Source of the DNA: Methanothermococcus sp. Ax23 | GTDB lineage: Archaea > AGJL01 > Methanococci > Methanococcales > Methanococcaceae | Reading direction: 5' to 3' | DNA length: 64,000 nucleotides | Assembly (NCBI RefSeq): GCF_049075655.1 | Contig: NZ_CP157522.1 | Coordinates: 384,001 to 448,000, forward strand | In this document: positions 31,595 through 42,738 of the stretch, piece after piece | How the letters are laid out: every line of letters starts with the position of its first letter | Position numbering within the stretch: the stretch's first letter is position 1 | Notes under the pieces: generated by a model | The model's input: only the letters and a program-made list of their open reading frames with translations | Told to the model about the DNA's origin: nothing | Database searches by the model: none | Position numbers and translations under genes: made by a program

Positions 31595-32805
31595 GTGCTT
31601 AACATTTCCTCAATCCTTTCAATCTCTTCAATATCTGCATTGGTGATGGGATATTTTGGAACTGCAAAGCATTTTATTTCCTTGCTTGTTGATATTCCAT
31701 AGGTGCCAATTTCTTTTGCGATATTGATGATTTCGTTTTTATCCATTCCAATAAGTGGCCTTAATATAGGGTATGTTATTCCATTGCTTATTACAGATAT
31801 GTTTTTCAATGTTTGAGATGCAACCTGTCCTAAATTATCTCCATTTACAATAGCTTCACATTTTAGTTCTTCCGCATATTTTTCGGCAATTTTAAGCATG
31901 GTTTTTTTACAGAATATGCATATGTATTTTTCCTTTCCAATATCCTCTAAATTGCTTTTTATATTTTGTAATTCCTCTTTGTAATCCTTAACTATAAGTT
32001 TTGATGTATAATCGTAATCATTCAACACATTAAAGATTTTTTCAGTCTTTTTAAATCCTTCTTCCGACATTTTCAGATGTAAAAATACGGCATTACATCC
32101 TCTTTTGATCATCAGATATGAAGCCACTGGACTATCTATCCCATCGGAAAGCAGAACTAAAACCTTTCCCTGTGTTCCAACAGGTATTCCTCCAACTCCT
32201 TCAATCCTTTTTGTAAAAATATATGCATTATCAATTAACTCTATGCCAATATGTATATCCGGATCTTTAAGATTTACCTTTAAATCAGCATTTAATTTCA
32301 TCTTATTTTTAAGTTTATCAAATTCATTTATTATTACTGCCCCAATATGCCTGCTTAATTCCATTGAATTCATATTAAATTGCTTTTTAATCCTTTGAGT
32401 TTTTACTGCAAAAGTTACGGTTTTATTGACACCAATATTTGCATTGATGTATTGGGTGAGCTCACCCTTAAATGCACCAATTGAAAAATTCTCAATATCT
32501 TTTATATTTAAATCACATTCTAAACATGGACTAAATGAAACTATTCCAGGGATTTTTCTTAAAAGTTCAAGTGATTTATCCATATTATATTTATCAACAG
32601 TCAAAAGCAATCTTGTATGAAGAATCTCCACTTCTGATTCAATATCATATTTTTTAAGCGTCATTTCAATATTATTTTTAAGTATTTGCTCAAATCTCTT
32701 TCTTGTATGTCTTGACTTTGTTCCTATTTCTCCATACCTAATTATTATTTTGTTGTTTGAGTCTTTAATGCTATTATTTTTAATTTCATTTCCTTCAACA
32801 TCCAA
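31546..32805 (-). CDS. thiI: tRNA 4-thiouridine sulfurtransferase ThiI (C-terminus extended by the inserted element)
   Basis: IIRYGEIGTKS, THUMP domain, GGIPVGTQGK, LLSDGIDSPVA, GQVASQT. Confidence 0.92.
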   Translation of the reverse strand: MDVEGNEIKNNSIKDSNNKIIIRYGEIGTKSRHTRKRFEQILKNNIEMTLKKYDIESEVEILHTRLLLTVDKYNMDKSLELLRKIPGIVSFSPCLECDLNIKDIENFSIGAFKGELTQYINANIGVNKTVTFAVKTQRIKKQFNMNSMELSRHIGAVIINEFDKLKNKMKLNADLKVNLKDPDIHIGIELIDNAYIFTKRIEGVGGIPVGTQGKVLVLLSDGIDSPVASYLMIKRGCNAVFLHLKMSEEGFKKTEKIFNVLNDYDYTSKLIVKDYKEELQNIKSNLEDIGKEKYICIFCKKTMLKIAEKYAEELKCEAIVNGDNLGQVASQTLKNISVISNGITYPILRPLIGMDKNEIINIAKEIGTYGISTSKEIKCFAVPKYPITNADIEEIERIEEMLSTDLLQRVNSLGSFSRV

Positions 32806-32906
32806 TGTTTCACCAATATAATATGTTTTTATATAAATATAAATATAAACATAAGATATAATATATTATAATTATTTAAATATATAATTACTAAAATCGT
32901 GAGACT

Positions 32907-33905
32907 ATGATTGATATAAAAGAATTAAAAAAATACTGTAATCCATCTTATTTAACCATTCGAAATGACAAACTAATAATAAACAATAAACGATTAGCAA
33001 GATTATCCAAAGACAAGATAAAAAAAATAGAAGAAGATTTTAGAATCCCAGTGGTTTATTCAAGAAGCTATGAAGATATATCTCAAAAGATGGGAAGATA
33101 TATCTCAAAACATAAGATAATAAGCCCCAGAGACAAAATAATTGTGGGATTAAGCGGTGGAAAAGACAGTTTAGCATTACTGCATCTTTTAGAACCATAC
33201 AGGAGAAGATATGGAATAGAAATTTACGCCATTACAATTGATTTGAACATAAGTAATATTCGACCTTGGAGTGCAGATAACAAAAACATGGACGTTATAA
33301 AAAAACACTGCGAAAGCTTGAATATTCCCCACAAAATTATAGGTTTCGATAAAGATGTTGTCCAGATGTCCAAGATTTTATCGGAAAACACAAAAGGCAT
33401 TGAATATTCCCCATGCTTTTCCTGTTCCGTTGTAAGGAGACATATTCTAACAAATTTTGCCATGGAATTGCTGGAAAATGAAGATACAAATAATAATGGC
33501 GACATAAGCAAAATAAAAATATGTCTTGGTCATACATTAGAAGACAATTCCGACACAATATTGGCAAATATACTTAAAGGAGATGTAATAAAAACATTGG
33601 AACCTTTAAAGAACTTTGATGAAGCAGTATTTGATTTCAAAGAGTTTAAACTTAAATTACAGAAAAGCACAATTATTAGGCCGCTGTTAAGTGTATCTGA
33701 AAAAGATATTGTAAAGGCACTTAATGAATGTAATGTGGATTACTATAAAGATAAGGATGAATGTCCATACAGTAGAAATAAGGGAGATAGTATAAGAAAA
33801 AAAAGCCATGAAGTTCTTGATTATCTTGAAAAAGATGTTGAAAATATAAGAGAAATGATTGTTTCATCCATTTTAAAATCCATAGATTATTATAAAAATA
33901 GATAA
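32907..33905 (+). CDS. TtcA/PP-loop family tRNA thiolation-type ATPase
   Basis: SGGKDS, PCFSCSVVRR, GHTLED, IIRPL, CPY. Confidence 0.75.
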   Translation: MIDIKELKKYCNPSYLTIRNDKLIINNKRLARLSKDKIKKIEEDFRIPVVYSRSYEDISQKMGRYISKHKIISPRDKIIVGLSGGKDSLALLHLLEPYRRRYGIEIYAITIDLNISNIRPWSADNKNMDVIKKHCESLNIPHKIIGFDKDVVQMSKILSENTKGIEYSPCFSCSVVRRHILTNFAMELLENEDTNNNGDISKIKICLGHTLEDNSDTILANILKGDVIKTLEPLKNFDEAVFDFKEFKLKLQKSTIIRPLLSVSEKDIVKALNECNVDYYKDKDECPYSRNKGDSIRKKSHEVLDYLEKDVENIREMIVSSILKSIDYYKNR

Positions 33906-33992
33906 TTATCAGTATAATATAAATATTATATGAATGTAATAACCCTATAAAAAAGAAATATTATGAAAAATATATGTAGAATATAAAACTAA

Positions 33993-34808
<816 letters not shown>

Positions 34809-34881
34809 ATTTTATTTTTGCTTTATTATTTTATATTTAATTTTATTCGTAATTTACAATAAAATGTTTTATGTGAAAATA

Positions 34882-35370
34882 ATGGTTAAAATTAGAAGGT
34901 TAAGGGAAAAGGATATAGATAGAATAATTGAAATAGAAAAGGAATCTTTTGAATATAATTATCCGCCCTTATTAATAAGACAATTATATATGTCTTTTCC
35001 AGACGGATTTTTGGTGGCAGAGGACACTCATAACGGAAATATAATTGGATATGTTATAGCAGTAATGGAGTGGGGAAATGGACATATTGTTTCTATTGCA
35101 GTAGATAAAAACAACAGAAACAAAGGTATAGGCACCCTATTATTAAATGCCGTAGAGGAATATTTATTTACAAACTGCAATGCAAAATATATTGTGCTTG
35201 AAGTAAGGTTCGATAACACAAATGCAAGAAAATTTTATTACAGAAGGGGATACAACGATAAAAGATTGCTACCAAAATACTATGATGATGGTTCAGATGC
35301 CATATTGATGGTGAAAAAAAATCCATATTTAGAATTCAACAATCATCCCATTATTGTTAGCATGTGGTAA
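34882..35370 (+). CDS. rimI: RimI/Ard1-type GNAT N-acetyltransferase
   Basis: GHIVSIAV...RNKGIG, LEVR..N..ARKFY, YYDDGSDAILM. Confidence 0.85.
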   Translation: MVKIRRLREKDIDRIIEIEKESFEYNYPPLLIRQLYMSFPDGFLVAEDTHNGNIIGYVIAVMEWGNGHIVSIAVDKNNRNKGIGTLLLNAVEEYLFTNCNAKYIVLEVRFDNTNARKFYYRRGYNDKRLLPKYYDDGSDAILMVKKNPYLEFNNHPIIVSMW

Positions 35371-35372
35371 AA

Positions 35373-36716
35373 ATGAAAAAAATAACTATTTACTCACCTA
35401 ATTATTACACCTACGGTGCAATGCTTATTGGTGGAGTGTTGAAGGAGAAATTTAAAAATAAATACGATATTAAATTAGTTAGAGCTCTCAATAAAAATAC
35501 CATAAACTTATTTTTAAAATCTGATTTTGTTCTTTTAAGTTTATACTCAACTTTGCATCTTATGGATGAAAATTTAAAAAAAGTAATAGAGCTCATCCAA
35601 AACAATAATAAAAATAACAACAAAAAAACAAAAATATATGTTGGAGGTCCAGTATCCGCCTATCCTGAGATTATTCTAAATGAAATGAATGTTGATGGAG
35701 TAATTTTAGGAGAGGGGGAACTTACTACTCCAAATATTATAGATGGAGACAGAGAAGGACTTGCATACTTGGAAAATGGAGATATAATAACAAATATACC
35801 AAAATCAAAACCTGAGCTCGATTTTTCAAAACCACTAATACCAAAGGATGTAGGAGCTCAGAGTATAAGGGGTGCAAATGTATATATTGAAACCCACAGG
35901 GGATGTATAGGAAACTGCACATTCTGCCAAGTTCCAAAATTTTTTGGAAAGGACATAAGAAGCAAACCTTTGGAATTGGTTTTAGAGGAAGTTAAGGAAT
36001 TTAAAAAGAAAGGCGTTAAAAGAATAGCAATAAGCGGAGGAACGGGAAGTTTATATAATTTCAAAAAAGAAGTAAATAAATCCATGTTTATTGAACTTTT
36101 GGAGAATGTTTCAAAGATAATTGGAAATAAAAACCTATCCATACCTGATATGAGGGTTGATTATGTTGATGAAGACACCTTAAATGCCGTTAAAAAATAC
36201 ACAATTGGATGGGTGTTTTACGGAATAGAAAGCGGAAGCGACAAAATATTAAAATCCATGAAAAAGGGAACAAACAGAGGGAAAAACCTAAATGCTATAA
36301 ATTTAGCAAAAGAGTGCGGTGTGAAAGTTGGAGGAAGTTTTATCGTTGGGCATCCTGAGGAAAAGGAAGTGGATTATTTACTTACAAAGGATTTTATTGT
36401 TGATGCTGAGCTCGACGATGTTTTTGTATCTATTGCAGAACCGATACCAAAAACTGAATTATGCGATTTAATCTTAAATACTCCAAATGATAAAAATCCA
36501 ACATTTAAAACTCATTTGGGGCAATATAAAAGATTGAATTTAACAGAAAGCGAAGCACGATGTTTTGATTTAATGCTTCACGCTGAGAATTGGAAATCAA
36601 ATCCAAATATTTTGACAAAACAGCTGTATTCAATATATTTAAATGAGGCAAAAACACAGGGCAAAGATATAAGAAGTATTACAAATTTAGTATTTAAATA
36701 TAAAAAGTTTTTATAG
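35373..36716 (+). CDS. Cobalamin-dependent radical SAM methyltransferase (MJ0865-like; probable MCR glutamine C-methyltransferase)
   Basis: N-terminal B12-binding-like domain (VGGPVS, GEGE), CIGNCTFC, GIESGSD. Confidence 0.7.
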   Translation: MKKITIYSPNYYTYGAMLIGGVLKEKFKNKYDIKLVRALNKNTINLFLKSDFVLLSLYSTLHLMDENLKKVIELIQNNNKNNNKKTKIYVGGPVSAYPEIILNEMNVDGVILGEGELTTPNIIDGDREGLAYLENGDIITNIPKSKPELDFSKPLIPKDVGAQSIRGANVYIETHRGCIGNCTFCQVPKFFGKDIRSKPLELVLEEVKEFKKKGVKRIAISGGTGSLYNFKKEVNKSMFIELLENVSKIIGNKNLSIPDMRVDYVDEDTLNAVKKYTIGWVFYGIESGSDKILKSMKKGTNRGKNLNAINLAKECGVKVGGSFIVGHPEEKEVDYLLTKDFIVDAELDDVFVSIAEPIPKTELCDLILNTPNDKNPTFKTHLGQYKRLNLTESEARCFDLMLHAENWKSNPNILTKQLYSIYLNEAKTQGKDIRSITNLVFKYKKFL

Positions 36717-36901
36717 GATAAAGTATTAGTTTGTTTTCTTATTTCCAATGCTTTTTTTATGCGAATTAATAATTATTTTATTAGTATTATGATAAGATTA
36801 TAATATGATTATAACAAAATTATGAGATAATCATTTTGGTGATTGAATAAAAATCCCTCTGGGATTTTTATAGCTCACCTTCATTTCATTCAGGTGATAT
36901 T

Positions 36902-37921
36902 ATGAAAAAAAGAATAGAAGCGAACCCATTTAGAAAAATACCTACAATATTGTATCCTGATGAGCTCATGGATAAGGCACACAACAGAGCTGAAAAAGTT
37001 GCAGGGGAGCTCCGAAAAACTACCCGTGGAGAGAGTTTATATAAATCGAGAATTATCGAAGAGCATAAGATAAGAACAACCACATCGGTAATAGCAGATT
37101 ATTTGGCAAATATAATAGCAAAAACTCCATCAGTAGATAATTTAAATCCATTTTATAGGGAAATACTTGAAATTTTGATAGATACTGATGAGTTTAAAAA
37201 ATCTCTCGGAGCTCTACAATGGGCTTCTGAATTTATCAAGAAACTTGGAAACACATATGCAAGGAAGATAAGGAGGGCAAGAACTGCTCAGCAAACTTCA
37301 ATTATAAGAAAGGAATTTTTAGGAAGGGCTTCATCAGTTTTAAAACAAATATACCCTAATTTAGCATGTATTGCTGTTGCAAGGGAAAAATTAAAGAACA
37401 TTCCAACTGTAAAAGATATTCCAACCGTTGTAATAGCTGGATACCCAAATGTTGGTAAATCCACATTATTAAAAAAATTAACAAATGCAGAACCTGAGGT
37501 AAATGCATATCCATTCACAACAAAAGGATTAAATGTTGGATATTCTGACTATGGAATTCAGTTCGTAGATACACCGGGAGTTCTCGATAGACCCATTTAT
37601 GAAAGGAATGATATAGAGCTCCACGCAGTTGTGGCTTTGAACTATCTTGCTGATTCAATAGTATATGTAATAGACCCGACGGAATACTGTGGTTATACTG
37701 TTGAAGAACAGCTGAATTTATTGAATGAAATTGAAAAAACCTTCAAAGTGCCAATAATTGTGGCAATAAATAAAATTGATGTTGAAGGTTATGTGAAAAA
37801 TCTTGAAAAAATAGAGGAATTCTTAAAAGATAAAAACATGGATGTTTTAAAAATATCCACTGAAAAAGGTATTAATTTAGATGAGTTAAAAAAGAAGATT
37901 ATGGAAATAATGGCTGAATAG
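36902..37921 (+). CDS. NOG1 family GTPase
   Basis: GYPNVGKS, YPFTTK, DTPGVLDRP, NKID. Confidence 0.92.
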   Translation: MKKRIEANPFRKIPTILYPDELMDKAHNRAEKVAGELRKTTRGESLYKSRIIEEHKIRTTTSVIADYLANIIAKTPSVDNLNPFYREILEILIDTDEFKKSLGALQWASEFIKKLGNTYARKIRRARTAQQTSIIRKEFLGRASSVLKQIYPNLACIAVAREKLKNIPTVKDIPTVVIAGYPNVGKSTLLKKLTNAEPEVNAYPFTTKGLNVGYSDYGIQFVDTPGVLDRPIYERNDIELHAVVALNYLADSIVYVIDPTEYCGYTVEEQLNLLNEIEKTFKVPIIVAINKIDVEGYVKNLEKIEEFLKDKNMDVLKISTEKGINLDELKKKIMEIMAE

Positions 37922-38078
37922 GAAATATATGTAAAAATTTATATATTTAGCTCTTTTTACCATTATTTTTTATTCTTTTAACAAAAATAACTACAATATC
38001 AATGAAAACATTTATCTATAATTTATGTAAATATATGGATTAATTAACCTAAAAATAAAAAGAGAATAGATATATATT

Positions 38079-38564
38079 TTATTTAATTGGAACGAACATG
38101 GAACCTCTTGTAGCTCCCATACCTGGGGAACCGTGCTGAACAACTTTTCTTGTTGGTGCGAATTCTCCGAGGAATCTTCCAATAGCTTCTTCAACTATTT
38201 TTACTTCATGGAACTCTTTACCGTTGTAGATTCCAAAGGTCAATCCAACCATATCTGGAGTGATTACAAAGTCCCTACAATGTGTTCTAATTACTCTTGG
38301 TTCTTTTCCTCTGTTTAATAATCTTCTTGCCTTTTTAATTTTTATTACCAATTTTCTCTGTTTAGGGGTAATTCCTCTCATCATACTTCTTCTCTGTCTT
38401 GCAGGAATTAATTCCATGAACTTTTTCATAGGCATTTCTTGGAGCTCCTCTAATGTATATCCTTTGTATTTAAACTCCACTCTTCTTCTTGGTGCCACTT
38501 GTTTTTTTGTTTTGGATTTCCTTCTAGGCTTTCCTTTACCGCTAAATTTTTTTTGTCTAGCCAT
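38079..38564 (-). CDS. rpsS: 30S ribosomal protein S19 (uS19)
   Basis: IRTHCRDFVITPDMVG, GEFAPTR, ATRGSMFVP. Confidence 0.96.
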   Translation of the reverse strand: MARQKKFSGKGKPRRKSKTKKQVAPRRRVEFKYKGYTLEELQEMPMKKFMELIPARQRRSMMRGITPKQRKLVIKIKKARRLLNRGKEPRVIRTHCRDFVITPDMVGLTFGIYNGKEFHEVKIVEEAIGRFLGEFAPTRKVVQHGSPGMGATRGSMFVPIK

Positions 38565-38631
38565 TTTTTCACCCATTTTATATTTTTTGGGTCATGACAA
38601 AAAATTATTTGTCAAACCATGTTTTATTTAT

Positions 38632-39354
38632 TTATCTTTTTCCTGTTCTTCTTGCAGCTATGTGTCCTACTTTTCTACCAGGGGATGTTTTTCTTGAAAT
38701 TGTTGTAGGTTTTCCTGTGTGCTGGTGTCTTCCACCACCGAATGGGTGGTCCACAGCGTTCATTGCCACACCCCTAACTTTTGGCCAGATGCTTGCCTTA
38801 GCCTTCATAGCGTGGTATTTCTTACCTGCTTTTGTGATAGGTTTTTCTTTTCTACCTCCACCTGCAACTACACCGATTGTTGCCCTACACATTGGATTCA
38901 ATGTTTTCATAAATCCTGATGGTAATTTCACAATTGTTTTACCAACATCATGTGCAATAATGTGTGCGTAGCATCCACCAGACCTTACAAGTTTTCCCCC
39001 GTCTCCAGGGATTGTTTCAATGTTGTAAACTGGAATACCTTCTGGTATTTCACCCAATGGTAAAACATTTCCAGGTTTTATTTCCGCACTTATACCACAT
39101 TCAATTTCTTCATTGATTCTCATTCCTTCTGGAACCAATATTAATCTTTCTTCCCCATTTTCAAATCTTACCTTAGCTACTGGGGCACTTCTTCCAGGGT
39201 CGTGAAGTATATCTACAATTGTTCCAAGGACTTTGTCCTTTTTCTCCATCTCATCAAATTTTCTATATTTTACTTCTCCTTTTCTCTTATGGGTTGGTGA
39301 GGTATATCTTGGAGTTCCCCTACCTCTGTTTTGGGACATTAGTCTTTTACCCAT
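38632..39354 (-). CDS. rplB: 50S ribosomal protein L2
   Basis: HDPGRSAP, VRGVAMNAVDHPFGGG. Confidence 0.97.
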   Translation of the reverse strand: MGKRLMSQNRGRGTPRYTSPTHKRKGEVKYRKFDEMEKKDKVLGTIVDILHDPGRSAPVAKVRFENGEERLILVPEGMRINEEIECGISAEIKPGNVLPLGEIPEGIPVYNIETIPGDGGKLVRSGGCYAHIIAHDVGKTIVKLPSGFMKTLNPMCRATIGVVAGGGRKEKPITKAGKKYHAMKAKASIWPKVRGVAMNAVDHPFGGGRHQHTGKPTTISRKTSPGRKVGHIAARRTGKR

Positions 39355-39474
39355 TATATCACCTATGAGCTCCTGTTTTAAGTAAATTATTCCTCAATAA
39401 TTAATTAAGTTATTTCCCCGAATATCATTAAATCATGAATAAACTCATGATATTTGATGTAATATCCTGTGAAT

Positions 39475-39735
39475 TTAGTAAATACCTAAATTAGCTGCAA
39501 TTTCTCCTGCATCATATTCATCTTTTAATTTTACATATACTTTTTTCTGACCTTTTGGGGTAATTAATGTGTTTAAGTCCTTTACTTCTGCATTGAACAA
39601 TTCCTTAATAGCGTTTTTAACATCAGCTTTTGTAGCTTTTTTATCAATATAAAATACCAATTTGTTTTCTTCTTCAATGAGTTTCATTGTTTTTTCACTA
39701 ATTATTGGCATTTTGATAACATCAAAGGCATCCAT
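39475..39735 (-). CDS. rplW: 50S ribosomal protein L23
   Basis: PIISEK, NKLVF, KKVYVKL; operon position. Confidence 0.95.
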   Translation of the reverse strand: MDAFDVIKMPIISEKTMKLIEEENKLVFYIDKKATKADVKNAIKELFNAEVKDLNTLITPKGQKKVYVKLKDEYDAGEIAANLGIY

Positions 39736-39790
39736 GCCATCACCTCAATATAAGAATAAATACCTAAAATTAATAAAGTAAATTAAAATA

Positions 39791-40549
39791 TTAGAATCTT
39801 TCATTTAATTTTTCCACAGCTTTTTCGGTCCATAATGTCAATCTTCCAGCGTCTGCACCAGGTGCTATGTGCATTACTCCCAAGTCGTCAGCTGTGATTA
39901 CATCTACACCAGGAAGATTTTTTGAAGCTTTAACAGCATCGCATAAACCGCTTACCACAACTAAAACACTTTTTGGTTTTCTGTATTTTCTTCCCCTTAA
40001 TTTACCAATTCCAGCTCTAATTTTAATTCCATCCTTAGCTCTTTCAACGTCCTTGTCTAAACCTAAGTTCTTAAATGTTTCCAAAACTTCTTTTGTCTTT
40101 TTAAGGTTTTCAAATTCGTTATCTACGATTAATGGAACTGATGGAACTTCATCAATGATATGCCCTCTACTTTTTACGATTTCAGGATTTGCTGATGCAG
40201 CGATTGCACTCATTAATGCTTTCAATCTTTCTTTTCTGTTTATTCTTTCGTGGAGTATTTTCTCTACTTTTGGAGGGTGACATCTTCTTCCGCCTACTGC
40301 CTGAGGAACAAATGCCGCCTGTCCTTGTCCTGTTCTTCTAACTCTTGCTCTACCGTGTCCTTTACCTATTGATTTTGCAGAGGTTCTTTTTCCTGCCATT
40401 GGGTCTACGCCTTTTGGCTGTAATCTTGCAGTTAATGAGGATAAGAACGCCCTTTTAATCAAATCTGGTCTGTATTCTGTTTCAAATACCGCAGGTAATT
40501 CGGTTTCTCCCTTTTCAGAACCGTCCATGTTATAAACTTTAACCTTCAT
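39791..40549 (-). CDS. rpl4p: 50S ribosomal protein L4
   Basis: [27 protein letters not shown]. Confidence 0.95.
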   Translation of the reverse strand: MKVKVYNMDGSEKGETELPAVFETEYRPDLIKRAFLSSLTARLQPKGVDPMAGKRTSAKSIGKGHGRARVRRTGQGQAAFVPQAVGGRRCHPPKVEKILHERINRKERLKALMSAIAASANPEIVKSRGHIIDEVPSVPLIVDNEFENLKKTKEVLETFKNLGLDKDVERAKDGIKIRAGIGKLRGRKYRKPKSVLVVVSGLCDAVKASKNLPGVDVITADDLGVMHIAPGADAGRLTLWTEKAVEKLNERF

Positions 40550-40588
40550 TATAACACCCATCCGTGTTTTTATTTATTTTTTAATTAT

Positions 40589-41590
40589 TTAATTTCCTTG
40601 CTTGGACTCTTTACTTATGTATGTTATTTCTGGCAATCCAAACTTATCTTCTGGACATCTTATAGCTCCCCTTAATACAACCATTCTTTTTGCAGGTCCT
40701 TGAACTGAACCTTTAACTAAGACATAGTTGTTTTTAATTTCTCCATAGTGTAAATATCCACCTTTTGGAACTATTTCTTCTCCATTGTTTCCTATTTTTA
40801 AGATTCTCTTATTGTATTCTGTTCTTTGGTGGTATCCTACCTGACCAGCCATTGGGACTGTCCACATAACTCTCTTTGGTGTCCATGGACCGATGGAACC
40901 TGTGTGTCTTCCAACACCTTTGCTCTGGTGTTTTCCGAACTGTATTTTAATACCCCATCTTTTAACAGGTCCTTGGAATCCTTTACCTTTTGTGATTGCT
41001 ATTGTGTCTATGAATTCACCGTCTGTAAATACATCATTTATTGATAATGTTTTACCAAGTATTTCCTTAGCGTATGCCAATCTTTCACTGATATCTTTTC
41101 CACCGATTCTTATCTCAATTATTTCTGGTTTTTTCTTTGGCAAGTTTGTGTTTTTTGGATTTGTGTGAACAATTGCTCTTACTTCTGCAATTTTGTCTGC
41201 CACTTCATCTAATTTCTCCACATTAGCTTTTGGCTCTTTTGGTGCGGTTATTTTTCTGTTTAATTCTTTGTCTAAGTTTTCAGCCCAAACTTCTGTTAAT
41301 GTTTTTAAACCTTTTGTGGTCTTTTCATAAACTCTTATTCCAGCTACTGTAATATCAGGAGCTTCCAATACTGTAACTGGCGTGAATACATCCTGTTCTG
41401 CATTTGGGCTTTTAGGATTATTTTCTTTAATCAAAGCATGTGTTGTTCCTGCCTTATATACAGGGAATGCTTGAAGTCTAACTTTTTCATCCTTTGGCCA
41501 TGACCTGATTTTTGGTACTGGTCTTTTTGCTCTTTTTCTTGGGCTAAATGCCAAAGAACCCCTACGAGGTCTATTTCTTTTCATACCCAT
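40589..41590 (-). CDS. rpl3p: 50S ribosomal protein L3
   Basis: [38 protein letters not shown]. Confidence 0.97.
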   Translation of the reverse strand: MGMKRNRPRRGSLAFSPRKRAKRPVPKIRSWPKDEKVRLQAFPVYKAGTTHALIKENNPKSPNAEQDVFTPVTVLEAPDITVAGIRVYEKTTKGLKTLTEVWAENLDKELNRKITAPKEPKANVEKLDEVADKIAEVRAIVHTNPKNTNLPKKKPEIIEIRIGGKDISERLAYAKEILGKTLSINDVFTDGEFIDTIAITKGKGFQGPVKRWGIKIQFGKHQSKGVGRHTGSIGPWTPKRVMWTVPMAGQVGYHQRTEYNKRILKIGNNGEEIVPKGGYLHYGEIKNNYVLVKGSVQGPAKRMVVLRGAIRCPEDKFGLPEITYISKESKQGN

Positions 41591-41861
41591 CGTATAACCT
41601 CCTAATAAATTTGTTAATTTTAATATACTTAGATGATGGTTTAGTGCAATCTATAATTAAAAAATTATTTAACTGCTATTTGAATATAATTTAAAAAAAC
41701 TAAACCTGTCAGTAGCATAAATGCCTTTTCAGGTTTTTCGACATGATGCCTTATTAGTGTTAAGTATTGTTATATATATACTTAACCCTTAGGCACTATT
41801 AAATAATTAAAAAGATATATCTTATTAAAATTGAATATTATATAAAGTTTTTGGTGATTGT

Positions 41862-42461
41862 ATGAATAACACAGAATTAATTAAATATTTCGAAGAAAAA
41901 GACAATCTAAGAGAATCAATATTAAAATTTTCAAGAGAGATAGTGAGAGATTGTGCAATGAATATAAGACATATTCAAAAATTAGACAAAAATATTTCAT
42001 TTGATGAGCTAACTGATAAGCTTAGAGAACTAAACGCAATGGTGGAAAACTATGACGATTTTAAAAAATACCTAAACACACCTCAGCAGGAATATGTGGA
42101 AGCTATTGTATTTTATAATATTGTTTTTAATAACAAATTTTTAGAATATTCTGAATTTAAGGAAAATGATGTAAAGCCAGAAAATTATATTCTCGGACTT
42201 TGCGATGTCATAGGTGAATTAAGACGGATGATTTTAGAGTCAATTAAAAACGACGATGTTGAAGATGCTGAAAAATATTATGGATTCATGGAAAAAATAT
42301 ATGATTTTATAATGAAATTTGATTATTACCACGTAATAGATAGTTTAAGGAGAAAACAGGATATATCTAGAAGTTTATTGGAAAAAACCAATGGTGATTT
42401 AGTTAATTTCATTGAAAATTTAAAATTAAGAAACGAAATTAAAAAATTAAAAAATGAATAA
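41862..42461 (+). CDS. Translin-family protein
   Basis: QEYVEA, YILGLCDVIGELRR and LRRKQD motifs. Confidence 0.8.
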   Translation: MNNTELIKYFEEKDNLRESILKFSREIVRDCAMNIRHIQKLDKNISFDELTDKLRELNAMVENYDDFKKYLNTPQQEYVEAIVFYNIVFNNKFLEYSEFKENDVKPENYILGLCDVIGELRRMILESIKNDDVEDAEKYYGFMEKIYDFIMKFDYYHVIDSLRRKQDISRSLLEKTNGDLVNFIENLKLRNEIKKLKNE

Positions 42462-42504
42462 GTTCTATTTTTTATATTTTAATATATAAATCAATAAATA
42501 TAAT

Positions 42505-42690
42505 CTTCTAAAATAAAAAGTAGGATAGTGGGAATCCAGAAGAAGCCTTTAAAAATCTCAAAATTCACTTCGTGAATTTATACGATGCCGTAGGCAGTAA
42601 TGAAATCCATGGATTTCATTTGATTTCTCGCTATCGCTCGAAAAGGATGCTATCCAAAGTCCAAACATCACTTCGTGATGTTTGGAGCCT
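42505..42690. repeat. Degenerate duplicate of the tRNA-Ile 3' end followed by an array of hairpin elements
   Basis: 42505-42536 resembles 42723-42754; six inverted repeats lie between 42561 and 42686. Confidence 0.75.
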
Positions 42691-42738
42691 AAAAATAGTG
42701 TATGTAAATTAATAGATATATCCTCCTAAAATAAAAAG

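Noticed and set aside
38590-39460. Imperfect hairpins in the rplB-rpsS (38590-38618) and rplW-rplB (39426-39460) spacers
   Set aside because: Too degenerate and AT-rich to assign to the hairpin family without orthologue comparison
42541-42690. CRISPR array
   Set aside because: No constant direct repeat or regular spacing; each unit is a different inverted repeat, and no cas genes are in the window
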